DNA of 64,000 bases, taken from the IMG/VR virus record IMGVR_UViG_3300027229_000184. One strand, written 5' to 3'. The stretch is from an uncultured virus (IMG/VR IMGVR_UViG_3300027229_000184). Taxonomy: Duplodnaviria > Heunggongvirae > Uroviricota > Caudoviricetes. The position numbers were made by a program, and so were the translations under genes. This document shows, piece by piece, positions 38,187 through 48,592 of the stretch. The notes under the pieces are model-generated. The model was not told the origin of the DNA. It searched no databases and saw only the letters and a program-made list of their open reading frames with translations. How positions within the stretch are numbered: position 1 is the stretch's first letter; each line of letters begins with the position of its first letter.

Positions 38187-39502
38187 AAAAGCCAAAGAAC
38201 GTAAAAATCTGTTTAAATGCGATGGTGGGCAATGAAGAAGCCACTATCACCAGAATGTTAAAATCCGTTGTAGGTTACGTTGACTATTACGTAATTCAAT
38301 GTAACGGTAAAATCGATAACACCAAACAAATCATTGATGATTTCTTTGCTCAAAATGGAGTTCCAGGATTTACCTATGAAATTGATTGGGATTATCCAGG
38401 TTGGAACCGAGATCACACTCTTCAAACTGCTCTAGAGGCGGATCATGGATGCGATTGGATCTTACGTATGGATGCCGACGAGCAGCTTTCGGTTGATGAA
38501 AATTTCGATTGGAGTCCATTTAACGATACGATGATCGATTCATTTAACATTGTTGCCGATCCAGGAGATGCAATGTATTATCGTACATGGATGTGGAACG
38601 CTCACCGTCCATGGTTCTTTGCTCACGATAAGCGCCACGAAACAATTCACCTACCCGTGATCGGTGAAGGATTTAATCGAGTTAATCTTGAAACTGGATT
38701 CCGTCAGGTTATTACCAATGATGGTGAAACCTGGTTCGCTCCAATGAAGTTTTTGAAAGATGCTCTCGAATTAGAAAGCGATAAAGTACCTTCAAACAAG
38801 GTTCTTGAAGATGATTATCATTTATGGTACATTGGTAAATCTTATAGTGATTCTTATGGTAATCCTGATGAATTTCCATTTGGCATAGATCACGCAAGAG
38901 AATATGCCCGTCGCTGTATCTTCTATTTTAATATGTACTTGAACAAGCTTCATAATTATTCTCAAACCCAAAAGCCAGCCAATATCGATGACATGGGTTA
39001 CTATGCAATGTTCTTAATTGGTAATGCGTATAAATTCATGGGAAAATATGACATGGCTCTTGAAACTTATGAAAAGGCGCTTGAATTTAATCCCGCTCGA
39101 AATGAGGCAATGATGGCTCAAACCGAATTATTAGAGCAATTAGGTAGGCATGAAGAGATGATGAAGCTATCATTCAAAATGCTAAGGGACAGTAAGAGAA
39201 AGAATCCCTTCCCAACATATACGTTCTTGATTCATAACTCTGCGTATTATAATACGTCTGCCCACCCATTCTGGCTTCACATCAAATCTCTACGATACTT
39301 GGGCAAATCTTACGATCATGAGATCGAATGGATGAAGAGAGTTCACGATCAGATTCCTCAATACATCATTGATGATCTTGAAGGCACAACACCTCCAGTT
39401 GTTCAATCAACGCCAGAAAAATCAGTTGACTTCGTTTTGTCTAACGGTGAAACAACACCAAATCCAATTACTTTAACAGGTGTCTTCGGTATCTCAAGAT
39501 AA
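38183..39502 (+). CDS. GT2-like glycosyltransferase with TPR
   Basis: NEEATI.RML, WILRMDADE, HE, TPR-like ALETYEKALEFNPARNEA. Confidence 0.8.
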   Translation: MKKPKNVKICLNAMVGNEEATITRMLKSVVGYVDYYVIQCNGKIDNTKQIIDDFFAQNGVPGFTYEIDWDYPGWNRDHTLQTALEADHGCDWILRMDADEQLSVDENFDWSPFNDTMIDSFNIVADPGDAMYYRTWMWNAHRPWFFAHDKRHETIHLPVIGEGFNRVNLETGFRQVITNDGETWFAPMKFLKDALELESDKVPSNKVLEDDYHLWYIGKSYSDSYGNPDEFPFGIDHAREYARRCIFYFNMYLNKLHNYSQTQKPANIDDMGYYAMFLIGNAYKFMGKYDMALETYEKALEFNPARNEAMMAQTELLEQLGRHEEMMKLSFKMLRDSKRKNPFPTYTFLIHNSAYYNTSAHPFWLHIKSLRYLGKSYDHEIEWMKRVHDQIPQYIIDDLEGTTPPVVQSTPEKSVDFVLSNGETTPNPITLTGVFGISR

Positions 39503-40598
39503 GTATGATTTCCTAATCGTTGGAGCCGGACTGTATGGTTCGATATGTGCCCACGAGTTAACCAAACAAGGTTATCGAGTTTTGGTGATTGATAAAAGGG
39601 CACATATCGGCGGAAACTGTTACACTGAAAACGTTGAAGGCGTGCATGTACATCGGTATGGAGCTCATATCTTTCACACTAATGATAAACGGGTCTGGGA
39701 TTATGTCAATAATTTCGCCGAGTTTAGACAGTACAGTCATAACGTAATTGCAAATTATAAGAATAGTATCTACAATTTGCCATTCAATATGACCACATTC
39801 AATCAGATCTGGGGCGTATCCTCTCCGGAAGAGGCAAAAGATATGATTGAAAAACAACGATTCACGGGTAAAATTACTAATCTCGAAGAACAAGCCCTGT
39901 CATTGGTAGGAAAAGATGTATACGAAAGATTGATTAAGGGTTACACTGCCAAACAATGGCGCAAAGATCCTACAGAACTTCCAGCTGCAATCATCAAACG
40001 TCTACCTGTAAGATTCACATACGATAACAACTACTTTAATGATCGTTATCAGGGAATGCCAATTGGAGGGTACACTCAGATCTTTGAAAAATTATTAAAT
40101 GGTATTGACGTTCGATTAAACGAAGACTATCTTTCAGAAAAAGACTATTGGAACGCCAAAGCGCTGAAAGTCATCTACACCGGTCCCATCGATAAGTTTT
40201 TCAATTATAAACACGGTTTATTGGAATACAAATCAGTTAAGTGGCACAATGAATTGATGGATCAAGATAATTATCAAGGGTGCGCAGTCATGAATTATAC
40301 GGACGAAGAAACTCCACATACTCGTATCATTGAACATAAGTGGTTTGATGACCATGGTCAAAAGAAAACGTATGTTAGCTGGGAATTCCCCCAAGAATAC
40401 ACACAAGATGTTGAACCCTTTTATCCAGTGAATGATGACACCAATGGTCAAATCTATCAAAAATACAAGGCTTCAGCTGAAGGAATGTCAACTGTTCACT
40501 TTGGAGGAAGATTAGGAACGTATCGTTATTACGATATGCATCAGGTTGTCGCAGCAGCCCTTCATCAACTTGAAACAAACTCATTCTTTAAGGTATAA
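39480..40598 (+). CDS. glf: UDP-galactopyranose mutase
   Basis: IVGAGLYG, HIGGNCY, YGAHIFHT, GRLGTYRYYDM. Confidence 0.95.
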   Translation: MSSVSQDKYDFLIVGAGLYGSICAHELTKQGYRVLVIDKRAHIGGNCYTENVEGVHVHRYGAHIFHTNDKRVWDYVNNFAEFRQYSHNVIANYKNSIYNLPFNMTTFNQIWGVSSPEEAKDMIEKQRFTGKITNLEEQALSLVGKDVYERLIKGYTAKQWRKDPTELPAAIIKRLPVRFTYDNNYFNDRYQGMPIGGYTQIFEKLLNGIDVRLNEDYLSEKDYWNAKALKVIYTGPIDKFFNYKHGLLEYKSVKWHNELMDQDNYQGCAVMNYTDEETPHTRIIEHKWFDDHGQKKTYVSWEFPQEYTQDVEPFYPVNDDTNGQIYQKYKASAEGMSTVHFGGRLGTYRYYDMHQVVAAALHQLETNSFFKV

Positions 40599-40603
40599 CT
40601 ATC

Positions 40604-41008
40604 ATGGAAATTATGTTTATTATTACAATGATTTGCGCTGCCCTTGTCGCCTTATTGGCCGCTAAGATGCACAGTAAAATCGAAGCACTCGACGAAGCCC
40701 TTGAGGTTTTGGAAGATCTTCAAGATCATGTTCTAGAGCTTGAAGCAATCTCTATAACTCTTGAAGGACAGATGGAAGCGTGTAATGCAGATCGAAAAAA
40801 TTCATCAAAAGATGAAGAACTGTCTAAACACGTTGATTCGCTTGAAAAGAATGTGATTGCTAACATTCAGGAATTAAGCGATTTGCGAGCGATGATGGCT
40901 AATCTAAACCAAAACATCGCCGAGGTAGCTGCATTTGCAGATCGAGTTAGTGGAAAGGTGGATCAAATTCAAAATCAAATCAACGATGACCGGCCAGAAT
41001 CGTTCTAA
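40604..41008 (+). CDS. TM-anchored coiled-coil protein
   Basis: N-terminal TM followed by heptads. Confidence 0.7.
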   Translation: MEIMFIITMICAALVALLAAKMHSKIEALDEALEVLEDLQDHVLELEAISITLEGQMEACNADRKNSSKDEELSKHVDSLEKNVIANIQELSDLRAMMANLNQNIAEVAAFADRVSGKVDQIQNQINDDRPESF

Positions 41009-41438
41009 CGCAGATAAGTTTCTTCATGTGTTTCGTCGTCGAACCCAGTATTGGGGTTTGAAGGTGGCCAAGATGGTCAATCCAGAGAAATTGTATACTG
41101 AAAGAAACACAGATTACTACAGAGAAACATTTGGAATCTGTCATAAATTAATTTCAAATCCATTATCAACTCTATTAATGTCCCCTATTTCGGGTAAACG
41201 ATACATTAAGAGCGAAGATAATCAAATCTTTATTGTTATCAATAAAGACACCATTGACATTATCAATCACACCTACAGCTATAACATTAAAGTTAACGGT
41301 ACTAATCTATTTGATAAAATCACTAGGGTTTTTGACAATGAAGTTGAGCGTCGTCGAGAGGAGATGGAAGCTGAAATCAAGAATAACGTTGAGCACTCAT
41401 TAAAGTCAATCTATAATAATTTGGTCAATGAAAGGTAA
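40986..41438 (+). CDS. Hypothetical protein
   Basis: ORF; start uncertain. Confidence 0.65.
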   Translation: MTGQNRSNADKFLHVFRRRTQYWGLKVAKMVNPEKLYTERNTDYYRETFGICHKLISNPLSTLLMSPISGKRYIKSEDNQIFIVINKDTIDIINHTYSYNIKVNGTNLFDKITRVFDNEVERRREEMEAEIKNNVEHSLKSIYNNLVNER

Positions 41439-41715
41439 AGTATTTGGTGATCTATTTTGGGCAGGTGCAGTCCTAATAATTTTATTATCTTCTGTCATCT
41501 TTGGCCTAACTTACGGTGTTTCTTCATATTTTGAAAGTCAAGAAAGAATCGAAGTTGTTCACGATACCATCGTTATAGAAGTTATCAAAGAAATTCCAAT
41601 TGAATGTGTTCTTCCACACGTTCAACCAAAATCAACACCCGTTCAAAAGCCGATTGAGCAGGTTGTTTCAACAGTTGAAATCGTTGAACCTAAAGATTCT
41701 ACCTTTAATATATAG
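41428..41715 (+). CDS. Membrane-anchored hypothetical protein
   Basis: N-terminal TM, VVHDTIV motif. Confidence 0.65.
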   Translation: MKGKVFGDLFWAGAVLIILLSSVIFGLTYGVSSYFESQERIEVVHDTIVIEVIKEIPIECVLPHVQPKSTPVQKPIEQVVSTVEIVEPKDSTFNI

Positions 41716-41770
41716 AAAGGTTGAAACTTTTCGGCATAATTAAATATAATTACTCTAAATACACATTAAA

Positions 41771-41953
41771 ATGGATATGGATATTTTTAATCAACTAAAA
41801 GAAGTGATTGATTCAGTAGAAGCTGATGCGATCAAGTTTTACGACAAAAAGAATAAGGCAGCTGGAACTCGTGTTCGCAAGGCCATGCAAGACCTTAAAA
41901 AGATCGCTCAGGATGTTCGTTTGGACATCTCTGAAAAGTCTAAAGCTGAGTAA
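41771..41953 (+). CDS. Hc1/histone H1-like small protein (Bacteroidota type)
   Basis: KFY.K.NKAAGTRVRKAMQDLK..AQDVR. Confidence 0.85.
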   Translation: MDMDIFNQLKEVIDSVEADAIKFYDKKNKAAGTRVRKAMQDLKKIAQDVRLDISEKSKAE

Positions 41954-41962
41954 TCAGCTTCT

Positions 41963-42036
41963 GGTGCGGTAGTTCAGTTGGTCAGAATATCGGCCTGTCA
42001 CGCCGAGGGTCGCGGGTTCAAGTCCCGTCCGCACCG
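41963..42036 (+). tRNA. tRNA-Asp(GTC)
   Basis: tcggc-ctGTCac-gccga. Confidence 0.94.
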
Positions 42037-42040
42037 CAAT

Positions 42041-42235
42041 GGGTTCGTTGGACGCCCTAAGTTCAACGGTTAAAAATAGGACCGCCCCTCCCACGATACT
42101 AGTGTGGGATAAGGCCGGGTAAATGACGGAAAATGGCTGGAAGTCGACCTCTGCGGAACCCTACCGCATGCCACCGTCCCCCCACCGCATGCTGTAAAGA
42201 GCGGTTAGAGCACAGTAGGTGCCGACGGCGGTCCT
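42041..42235 (+). ncRNA. Unidentified GC-rich multi-stem, pseudoknotted RNA
   Basis: aggaccgcc/ggcggtcct plus at least five internal helices, ending in a T run. Confidence 0.7.
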
Positions 42236-42289
42236 TCTTTTTTACTTTGAAACTTTTTGTGGATCTAGTGTATAATCTATAGTTAACTT

Positions 42290-42760
42290 ATGACTATGGT
42301 AAAATATACAAATCGTTACAACGACGTCCACACCTTCACCAAGGTAGATGAAACCAAAATTCTGTGGCAAGGCAACTTTGATCACAGTCGATTCAGTTGG
42401 CCTAATGTTTATAAAGAGGCTTACGAACAATACCGCAAAGATGGCGGTGATCTTCATATTGAGGACTTTAAGAAGGAAGTACACCACTATGACAATGTCA
42501 CATTTGAATTTTCTGAAATCTCTAAGAAGTACCGATCACTAGTCTATTCAGATACAAAAACCATCAGTATGGTTGATCCATCTGGCGGTCCTTATGTTAC
42601 TGCTGGCATGGACATGAAGTACTTTGGCGAAGAATTAAAGGGTTTGATCGTTCGATCTTTTACCCCAGCCGAAGAAGGTTATATCGTTAATGTTTATAAC
42701 GAGTTTGACCACCTAGCTGACACCGAAATCATCGGTGGAATTATCAATACCTCAAAATAA
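42290..42760 (+). CDS. Hypothetical phage protein
   Basis: NRY.D..TF...MVDPSGGPY. Confidence 0.7.
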   Translation: MTMVKYTNRYNDVHTFTKVDETKILWQGNFDHSRFSWPNVYKEAYEQYRKDGGDLHIEDFKKEVHHYDNVTFEFSEISKKYRSLVYSDTKTISMVDPSGGPYVTAGMDMKYFGEELKGLIVRSFTPAEEGYIVNVYNEFDHLADTEIIGGIINTSK

Positions 42761-43224
42761 TGAAGAACTACATTCTCACCCTCATGGCTTTTATGGCTGT
42801 GAACTTTGCAGGGCTTTGGCTCGGTGGTCTTGCAACAGGCCCTGGTGTAACTAGCGACTGGTACACTTCTTTGAATCAAGCGCCTTGGACTCCACCGGGT
42901 TGGGTCTTTGGCTTGGCTTGGACCATTATTGGTGTAACGTTCTCAGTCTTTATGGCCAATGAATGGAGAGATGAAGAGAATCCTCTTCCTTATGCCCTTT
43001 TTCCTGAAGCTCTGCTACTAAACATCTTTTGGAATTACGTGTTCTTTGGCCAACATGTGCTCGGTGCAGCAATCATGATTTCAATACTATCGATCATTAT
43101 TTTTGTAATGGCACACTTTACACGAATCATCAACGGTTGGGGTCGAATGATCTGGATCATGCCGTATCTAATTTGGTTGATGATCGCATCTTCTCTTAAC
43201 TGGTATATTGTAATCATGAACTAA
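42760..43224 (+). CDS. tspO: TspO/MBR family protein
   Basis: WY.SL..APWTPPGWVFG.AW...PYL.WL..A..LN. Confidence 0.9.
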   Translation: MKNYILTLMAFMAVNFAGLWLGGLATGPGVTSDWYTSLNQAPWTPPGWVFGLAWTIIGVTFSVFMANEWRDEENPLPYALFPEALLLNIFWNYVFFGQHVLGAAIMISILSIIIFVMAHFTRIINGWGRMIWIMPYLIWLMIASSLNWYIVIMN

Positions 43225-43225
43225 A

Positions 43226-43666
43226 ATGAAAAAGCTACTTTTAACCCTGCTCGTAGTCCTAACTACAAACCTCTCTGCTCAAATTACTGGGCGAATGATC
43301 ACCGACCATACTTCAACTCAAGACATGGTTTGGTCTGAAGTTGAAAGTAAATACATGTTCTTTAATAAGCTTGCGCGATATGAAGAATACAATATGATTG
43401 AAACTAATGTCAATCAATCTAACACAGGAAAGATTGTTATTACTGACATTAAGACAAAGGTTACATACACTTTTACGGTTTATCAGGTTAATTACGATAA
43501 AACCGAAGAAGGAACTGAATTTGTTCGATGCGAATGTATTGAAGTTCAGACTGGCGATCAATGTACTTTTATTTTCACTAAGTATGGTGATCATCGAATG
43601 GTATCGATTATGATGCCATCTTCTCGATTAGCAGTATTTATGGATGATTTTGGTGACGAAGAATGA
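43226..43666 (+). CDS. Secreted hypothetical protein
   Basis: Signal peptide MKKLLLTLL...SAQ. Confidence 0.7.
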   Translation: MKKLLLTLLVVLTTNLSAQITGRMITDHTSTQDMVWSEVESKYMFFNKLARYEEYNMIETNVNQSNTGKIVITDIKTKVTYTFTVYQVNYDKTEEGTEFVRCECIEVQTGDQCTFIFTKYGDHRMVSIMMPSSRLAVFMDDFGDEE

Positions 43667-44592
43667 AAAAGATTTTACTAGCCCTTTTATTAGCAGTAAA
43701 TAGTACTGCTTTTGCGTCACACATCTTAGGTGGAATGTTGGCCATGACTCATGATCCAACTTCTCAACCTAACAATCAGTCAGTTGCTCTATATCTTATT
43801 ACGGACCCGCAGGGAATCTTACCCGCAAGCCAAACAGTCGCAGTTTATATTGAGAACAATAGCTTCTATCTGTTCTCAGAGAACGTAACAGTCACTCTAA
43901 CAAGTACTGACACAATGGCGGATGGTAATCTATTGTCAACCTACGTCAGTGGATACAAGCAGTTTTACATGAGTAAGTACCGCTTCATCTATTCACATTG
44001 TTGCCGAGGCATGACTGTTAATGCATCAAATTCTTTTACTAGTGATTTCTTGATTGCTCTTGATGTTGATCGTTTGAATGCAGTGAATAATAACACTCCG
44101 ATGCCAAACTATCTACCAACATGTAGGATGCCACAGAACTTTACCAGTGTGATTGACTTAAAAGCTTTGATCAACGATAACCTGTTTGAGAATGATTCTA
44201 TTCAATATGAAATGTGGGATGCTTTAGGTCAACATGCAAACAACACCTTTGTGCCATTAGCGCCATTCAACCAATTAACAAGTTATGGTATTTACACAAT
44301 GGGTGGTGGTATGATTAATTGGACACCATCAACCGTTGGTAACTTTGTTACAGGTTATAAACTAACAGAATGGAGAAGTGGTGGTATTAAAGCATCACAG
44401 TGCTACGTTCAAATGACGTACACCATCACACCTTCTTCAATTGGTATTACTGAGTTTGAAAGAGAAAAGAAGGTTCTAGGCGTTTATGATATGCTTGGAC
44501 GTTATATTCAAAAGGATATGGAATATCTTCCATCTGGGCAACTATATTTGGTTGAATATAACACTGGATTTGAAAAAATCTTTGTCCAGTGA
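43663..44592 (+). CDS. Secreted protein with truncated T9SS type-A-like C-terminal tail
   Basis: Signal peptide, ASHILGG, CCR, C-terminal YDMLGR...GQLYLV...KI. Confidence 0.7.
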   Translation: MKKILLALLLAVNSTAFASHILGGMLAMTHDPTSQPNNQSVALYLITDPQGILPASQTVAVYIENNSFYLFSENVTVTLTSTDTMADGNLLSTYVSGYKQFYMSKYRFIYSHCCRGMTVNASNSFTSDFLIALDVDRLNAVNNNTPMPNYLPTCRMPQNFTSVIDLKALINDNLFENDSIQYEMWDALGQHANNTFVPLAPFNQLTSYGIYTMGGGMINWTPSTVGNFVTGYKLTEWRSGGIKASQCYVQMTYTITPSSIGITEFEREKKVLGVYDMLGRYIQKDMEYLPSGQLYLVEYNTGFEKIFVQ

Positions 44593-44597
44593 TAAGT

Positions 44598-46658
44598 ATG
44601 AAAAAGTTCTTATTGGGTCTCTTTATGATCCTCGGTCTAATGACCCAAGCAAGTCACCTTTCAGGCGGTGACATTCAATACCGCTATATTGGCGATTCAA
44701 CTGGCGTGGCCAGACAGTACAAGGTAATCCTGCGAGTTTATAGAGATGTCACAGGAATCGGCATGCCTACGACCGAAACGGTTACAGTTTCATCAAACTG
44801 TTATGCAAACATTAACGTTCCTATGACTCTACAAGCGGGTTCAGGATTGGTTGCTCCAACATTGTTTGATTGTGTAACAGTAGGTAGCGCTGGAACCAAA
44901 ACACTTGAAATTTATACTTATAAAGGGTATGTAACACTACCAGGTGCTTGTTCCACATTTAAGTTTTGGTACTCTAATTGCTGTAGACCAGGTGGTATAA
45001 CAAACATTAATACCTCAAATGGATTTGGTAATGATGGCTTTTTCTTCGATGCAAACCTAGATAACATGTTAGGTGAGAATTCTTCACCAATCTTTATATC
45101 TGAACCTGTTCGTGCATTTTGTGTGGGTAATGCATTTAATTGGGCACAGAAGAGCGTTGAGTATGATGGCGACAGCGTTCATTATGAAATGATAAACTGT
45201 AGAGAGAATGCGTATCCTAATCAAACTAACATTCCATTTGATGCAGGTTGGTCAGCAACTCAGCCAGTAACTTCAACCTATTTTAATCTGAATCCAAAGA
45301 CTGGAACCATTTCATTCTTGCCAACTCAGCAAGAGATTGATGTGATGAGCATTAAGATTACTGAATACAGGTATGATTCACTCTATTATATCTGGTATCA
45401 AGTCGGTTCAGCGTCAAGAGATATGATGATCTCTATTTCAGCTAACTGTTCACCGGCAGCATCTCAAGGCGTAGTGTTGGATTACAACTATCCAGGACAA
45501 TACATTGATTCAGTTACGATGTTACCTGCGATTGATTATGATTGTGGAGATTCAGTGATTGATTTGAACTTCTTGGTTAAATTAGATTGTGAATCTATTT
45601 CAGAGGATGGAACTGATTTCCGATTAACTAATCCATTGGGTCAACCAATTCCAATCAGTAAACTTTCTGCAACATGTGATGTGAACGGCGAAACTCAAGC
45701 CATTCGAGTTCATCTATTCAAACCATTGTTGGTAAATGGCAGATACTTCCTCTATTCAAAGACCGGTAACGATGGAAACACCCTAACCAATAAGTGTGGA
45801 TTCCCAATGAACGAGTTCGACACGTTGGTTATCATTGTAGATGATTGTTTTGAACCAGTGTGGGATTTTAAGAATGTGAGCGTGGTAAATGATAACCACA
45901 CTACTCTACAATGGACAAGAGATTCTACATCATTCGATACAACATATTTTGACGGATACGGTATTTGGAGATGGGATGGAACTCAGTATCAATTCCGCCA
46001 GTTGGTTACTAATTGGAAGAAAAAGCACTACGATGATCTAACTGCCACTAATGTTGGCAATCAAACATATTCGTATAAGATTGACTTTAGATACAGTGGA
46101 TTTACATTCGGACCTTCAGATTCAATTCATTCTATTTGGCTAAGAGGTAGCGGTGAATGTGATTCATTGTATTTGATTTGGAATCAATACAACGGTTGGC
46201 CAACTCCACAATATGATGTTTACATAAACTATCAAAACCAGTGGATCAAGTGGAACGATATTGCAATCACCGACACAACATACTGCATGAAATCCGATAC
46301 TTTGGAGGTGGGCAATTATGATGTGAAAGTTGTTACCACAAATGGAGGATACACTTCAGAGAGTAACTATGTCAGATGTGTTCAACCCGAACCTCCTTAT
46401 GTCGTAATTCCTAACGTCATTACTCCAAACGGAGATGGTATAAATGATATGCTTACAATTCAAAATCTAATGAATTGGGACAATAGAGCATTAACCATCT
46501 TTAATCGATGGGGAGGTATTGTCTTCAAGACTGAGGACTATCGAAACGACTGGAACGGTAGTGGAGTATCAGATGGAGTGTATTTTGGAGTTCTAGTAAT
46601 ATCCGACAGTGGAAGATTAGAAACATACAACTTCATAGTAACCGTTCTGAGCGAATAG
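44598..46658 (+). CDS. Secreted protein with gliding-motility-associated (T9SS type B) C-terminal domain
   Basis: ASHLSGGDI.YRY, CCR, C-terminal IPNVITPNGDGIND...IFNRWG...WNG...DGVYF. Confidence 0.88.
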   Translation: MKKFLLGLFMILGLMTQASHLSGGDIQYRYIGDSTGVARQYKVILRVYRDVTGIGMPTTETVTVSSNCYANINVPMTLQAGSGLVAPTLFDCVTVGSAGTKTLEIYTYKGYVTLPGACSTFKFWYSNCCRPGGITNINTSNGFGNDGFFFDANLDNMLGENSSPIFISEPVRAFCVGNAFNWAQKSVEYDGDSVHYEMINCRENAYPNQTNIPFDAGWSATQPVTSTYFNLNPKTGTISFLPTQQEIDVMSIKITEYRYDSLYYIWYQVGSASRDMMISISANCSPAASQGVVLDYNYPGQYIDSVTMLPAIDYDCGDSVIDLNFLVKLDCESISEDGTDFRLTNPLGQPIPISKLSATCDVNGETQAIRVHLFKPLLVNGRYFLYSKTGNDGNTLTNKCGFPMNEFDTLVIIVDDCFEPVWDFKNVSVVNDNHTTLQWTRDSTSFDTTYFDGYGIWRWDGTQYQFRQLVTNWKKKHYDDLTATNVGNQTYSYKIDFRYSGFTFGPSDSIHSIWLRGSGECDSLYLIWNQYNGWPTPQYDVYINYQNQWIKWNDIAITDTTYCMKSDTLEVGNYDVKVVTTNGGYTSESNYVRCVQPEPPYVVIPNVITPNGDGINDMLTIQNLMNWDNRALTIFNRWGGIVFKTEDYRNDWNGSGVSDGVYFGVLVISDSGRLETYNFIVTVLSE

Positions 46659-46711
46659 ACGGATGAAACTTTACGTTCTATTATAGTATAACCATCCTAA
46701 GCGAATAGGAT

Positions 46712-46885
46712 ATGAAATTAGAATTCTTCAACATCTGGAGTCAAACGTATTTGACTCCAACGGTCAAGATCACTCATGACCGACTACTAAATGGTTTTCA
46801 CGAAGTGCAATTGATCTGGTTGAAGTGGGGCGTGTCACTAATGTTTAACGAAAAGGGCAATAACGATAAAAGCTGGTTTATATGA
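46712..46885 (+). CDS. Small hypothetical protein (57 aa)
   Basis: MKLEFFNIWSQTYLTPTVK..., after promoter 46665-46691. Confidence 0.55.
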   Translation: MKLEFFNIWSQTYLTPTVKITHDRLLNGFHEVQLIWLKWGVSLMFNEKGNNDKSWFI

Positions 46886-47562
46886 GCATTATTAATCCTG
46901 ATTTATGGTACAAGATAAAGGGCAAATCGACCAAGATCGAGAGCAAGTTCAAGCATATTGACACTCGTAGTCGAAGCCAAAAGTTGAAGGACTTTGGTCA
47001 ATCTCTTCTATTTTGGAAAGGCCGCAAACGCGTTCTGATCCACACTCGCGATTTGGAATGGTCCGATCTTCGTTACATCTTCTTTCCATCTAAGTTGGAA
47101 CGTTATGGTTACATGAACATTACGTTCTATCAAGAAGATAGTCCATACTATCGAGCTCTGATGCCACTGGTATTAGCAATGGATTATGAAGCAAAACCAA
47201 AGTGGTGCCCTAGATGGTTCTTACGTTTCTTACACGTGTTTGGAGATGATAAATCAGTGGTTCGAGTTCGTAATCATAGATTGAGCAATTTGCATCGTAA
47301 ACTGACTAAGGGTATTCAGTTCTGGGATTGGAAGACTAAATGGTATAATTATGACCTTCGTATTTCTATTAGTGGGCCAAACCACTTACAGGATCTTGCT
47401 GATGATATTGAACACGGATATTATTCTCGTGGAAGACAAAAAGAGTTAGTTGAACAAATCTTAAAATTAGATCCGAATGCTTCAATCATCTGGGGTAGTA
47501 TTGAACGATTTGAAGAACAGTTAGAAAAATTAGAACAAGCCGTTAACACCATCAAGGAATGA
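46882..47562 (+). CDS. Hypothetical protein
   Basis: 226-aa ORF. Confidence 0.7.
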   Translation: MSIINPDLWYKIKGKSTKIESKFKHIDTRSRSQKLKDFGQSLLFWKGRKRVLIHTRDLEWSDLRYIFFPSKLERYGYMNITFYQEDSPYYRALMPLVLAMDYEAKPKWCPRWFLRFLHVFGDDKSVVRVRNHRLSNLHRKLTKGIQFWDWKTKWYNYDLRISISGPNHLQDLADDIEHGYYSRGRQKELVEQILKLDPNASIIWGSIERFEEQLEKLEQAVNTIKE

Positions 47563-47759
47563 AAAACATCTGGGTAGTAACTGCACATCGTACCACTTTA
47601 AGTGAACATTCTTATGTGGTTGGTGTGTATGAGGATTTTGAAGATGCTAAAAAAGCAGCTAACATTGAACAATACAACCGAGGCGACAAATACGATATGG
47701 ACATTAATGGATATGGTCTTAACAAACTTCCAGAAGAAATTATTGATAACGAGATATGA
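47559..47759 (+). CDS. Hypothetical protein
   Basis: Coupled ORF. Confidence 0.65.
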   Translation: MKNIWVVTAHRTTLSEHSYVVGVYEDFEDAKKAANIEQYNRGDKYDMDINGYGLNKLPEEIIDNEI

Positions 47760-47992
47760 AAGCAGTTTTAGAATTTGATTTTAACGGTGATAACTTTGAC
47801 CGCACTGAATTTGAAGATGCCATTAATGGTGGTAAATGGAAAATGGCAATGTGGGAATTGGATCAAGATTTACGAGCTCGAAGCAAGTACTCATCGGATA
47901 AAGATGACCCAAAGGTAGTGGAAGCCTATTACAAACTTCGCGATGACATTCGAGAAATTATGCACAATCACAATTTAACATTTAACGATTAA
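47756..47992 (+). CDS. Hypothetical phage protein
   Basis: MKAVLEFD...WELDQ.LR. Confidence 0.7.
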   Translation: MKAVLEFDFNGDNFDRTEFEDAINGGKWKMAMWELDQDLRARSKYSSDKDDPKVVEAYYKLRDDIREIMHNHNLTFND

Positions 47993-48588
47993 TGAAAAGA
48001 TTAGGTCTTTTATTACTGTCACTGATTGCGCTTCAAGGCTGTGCGCAACAGTACACTGATTACAACGGAGTAGAATGGTATTCAACCTATATGGATGGGT
48101 TGTATTCTCAAGAGCTTGAGCAACCCTTGGTGGTTAATTACATTATCCTATGTACAGAGGGTGATGCAACACGAAACGGTTTGGATTTCTATAAACCAGA
48201 TTACATCCATACTTCTGATGATGCAGATTATTATAAGAACGAATGGGACAAAGGTCATTTAGCTCCTGCGGCTGATTACAAATGTGATCAAGATGCAATG
48301 GATGCAACCTTTACGTACTTAAATTGTGCTCTACAACAGGAGAAGCTGAATAGAACCACCTGGAAGTATTTAGAAGAGTTTGAGAGAGATCTTACAGAGT
48401 TTGGAGATGTTACCGTTACTATCGAAGTTGACTTCTCAGATTCACCTAAAAGAGTTCTAGCAGGTGCCGCGATTCCAGAAGGTTTTTACAAGCAGATCAT
48501 GGTAGGAGATACAATGATGTGTTTTTGGTTCCCTAATAAAGTTCCAACCAGTTCAGATTTTCGTGATTATGAATGTGATTGCCGATAA
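47992..48588 (+). CDS. DNA/RNA non-specific endonuclease (secreted/lipoprotein)
   Basis: DKGHLAPAAD, TF.YLN...Q...LNR..W..LE; signal peptide with Cys. Confidence 0.9.
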   Translation: MKRLGLLLLSLIALQGCAQQYTDYNGVEWYSTYMDGLYSQELEQPLVVNYIILCTEGDATRNGLDFYKPDYIHTSDDADYYKNEWDKGHLAPAADYKCDQDAMDATFTYLNCALQQEKLNRTTWKYLEEFERDLTEFGDVTVTIEVDFSDSPKRVLAGAAIPEGFYKQIMVGDTMMCFWFPNKVPTSSDFRDYECDCR

Positions 48589-48592
48589 CGGA

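Noticed and set aside
42041..42235. tmRNA or cobalamin riboswitch
   Set aside because: No tRNA-like ends or tag ORF; no convincing B12 box, and the downstream gene has its own promoter
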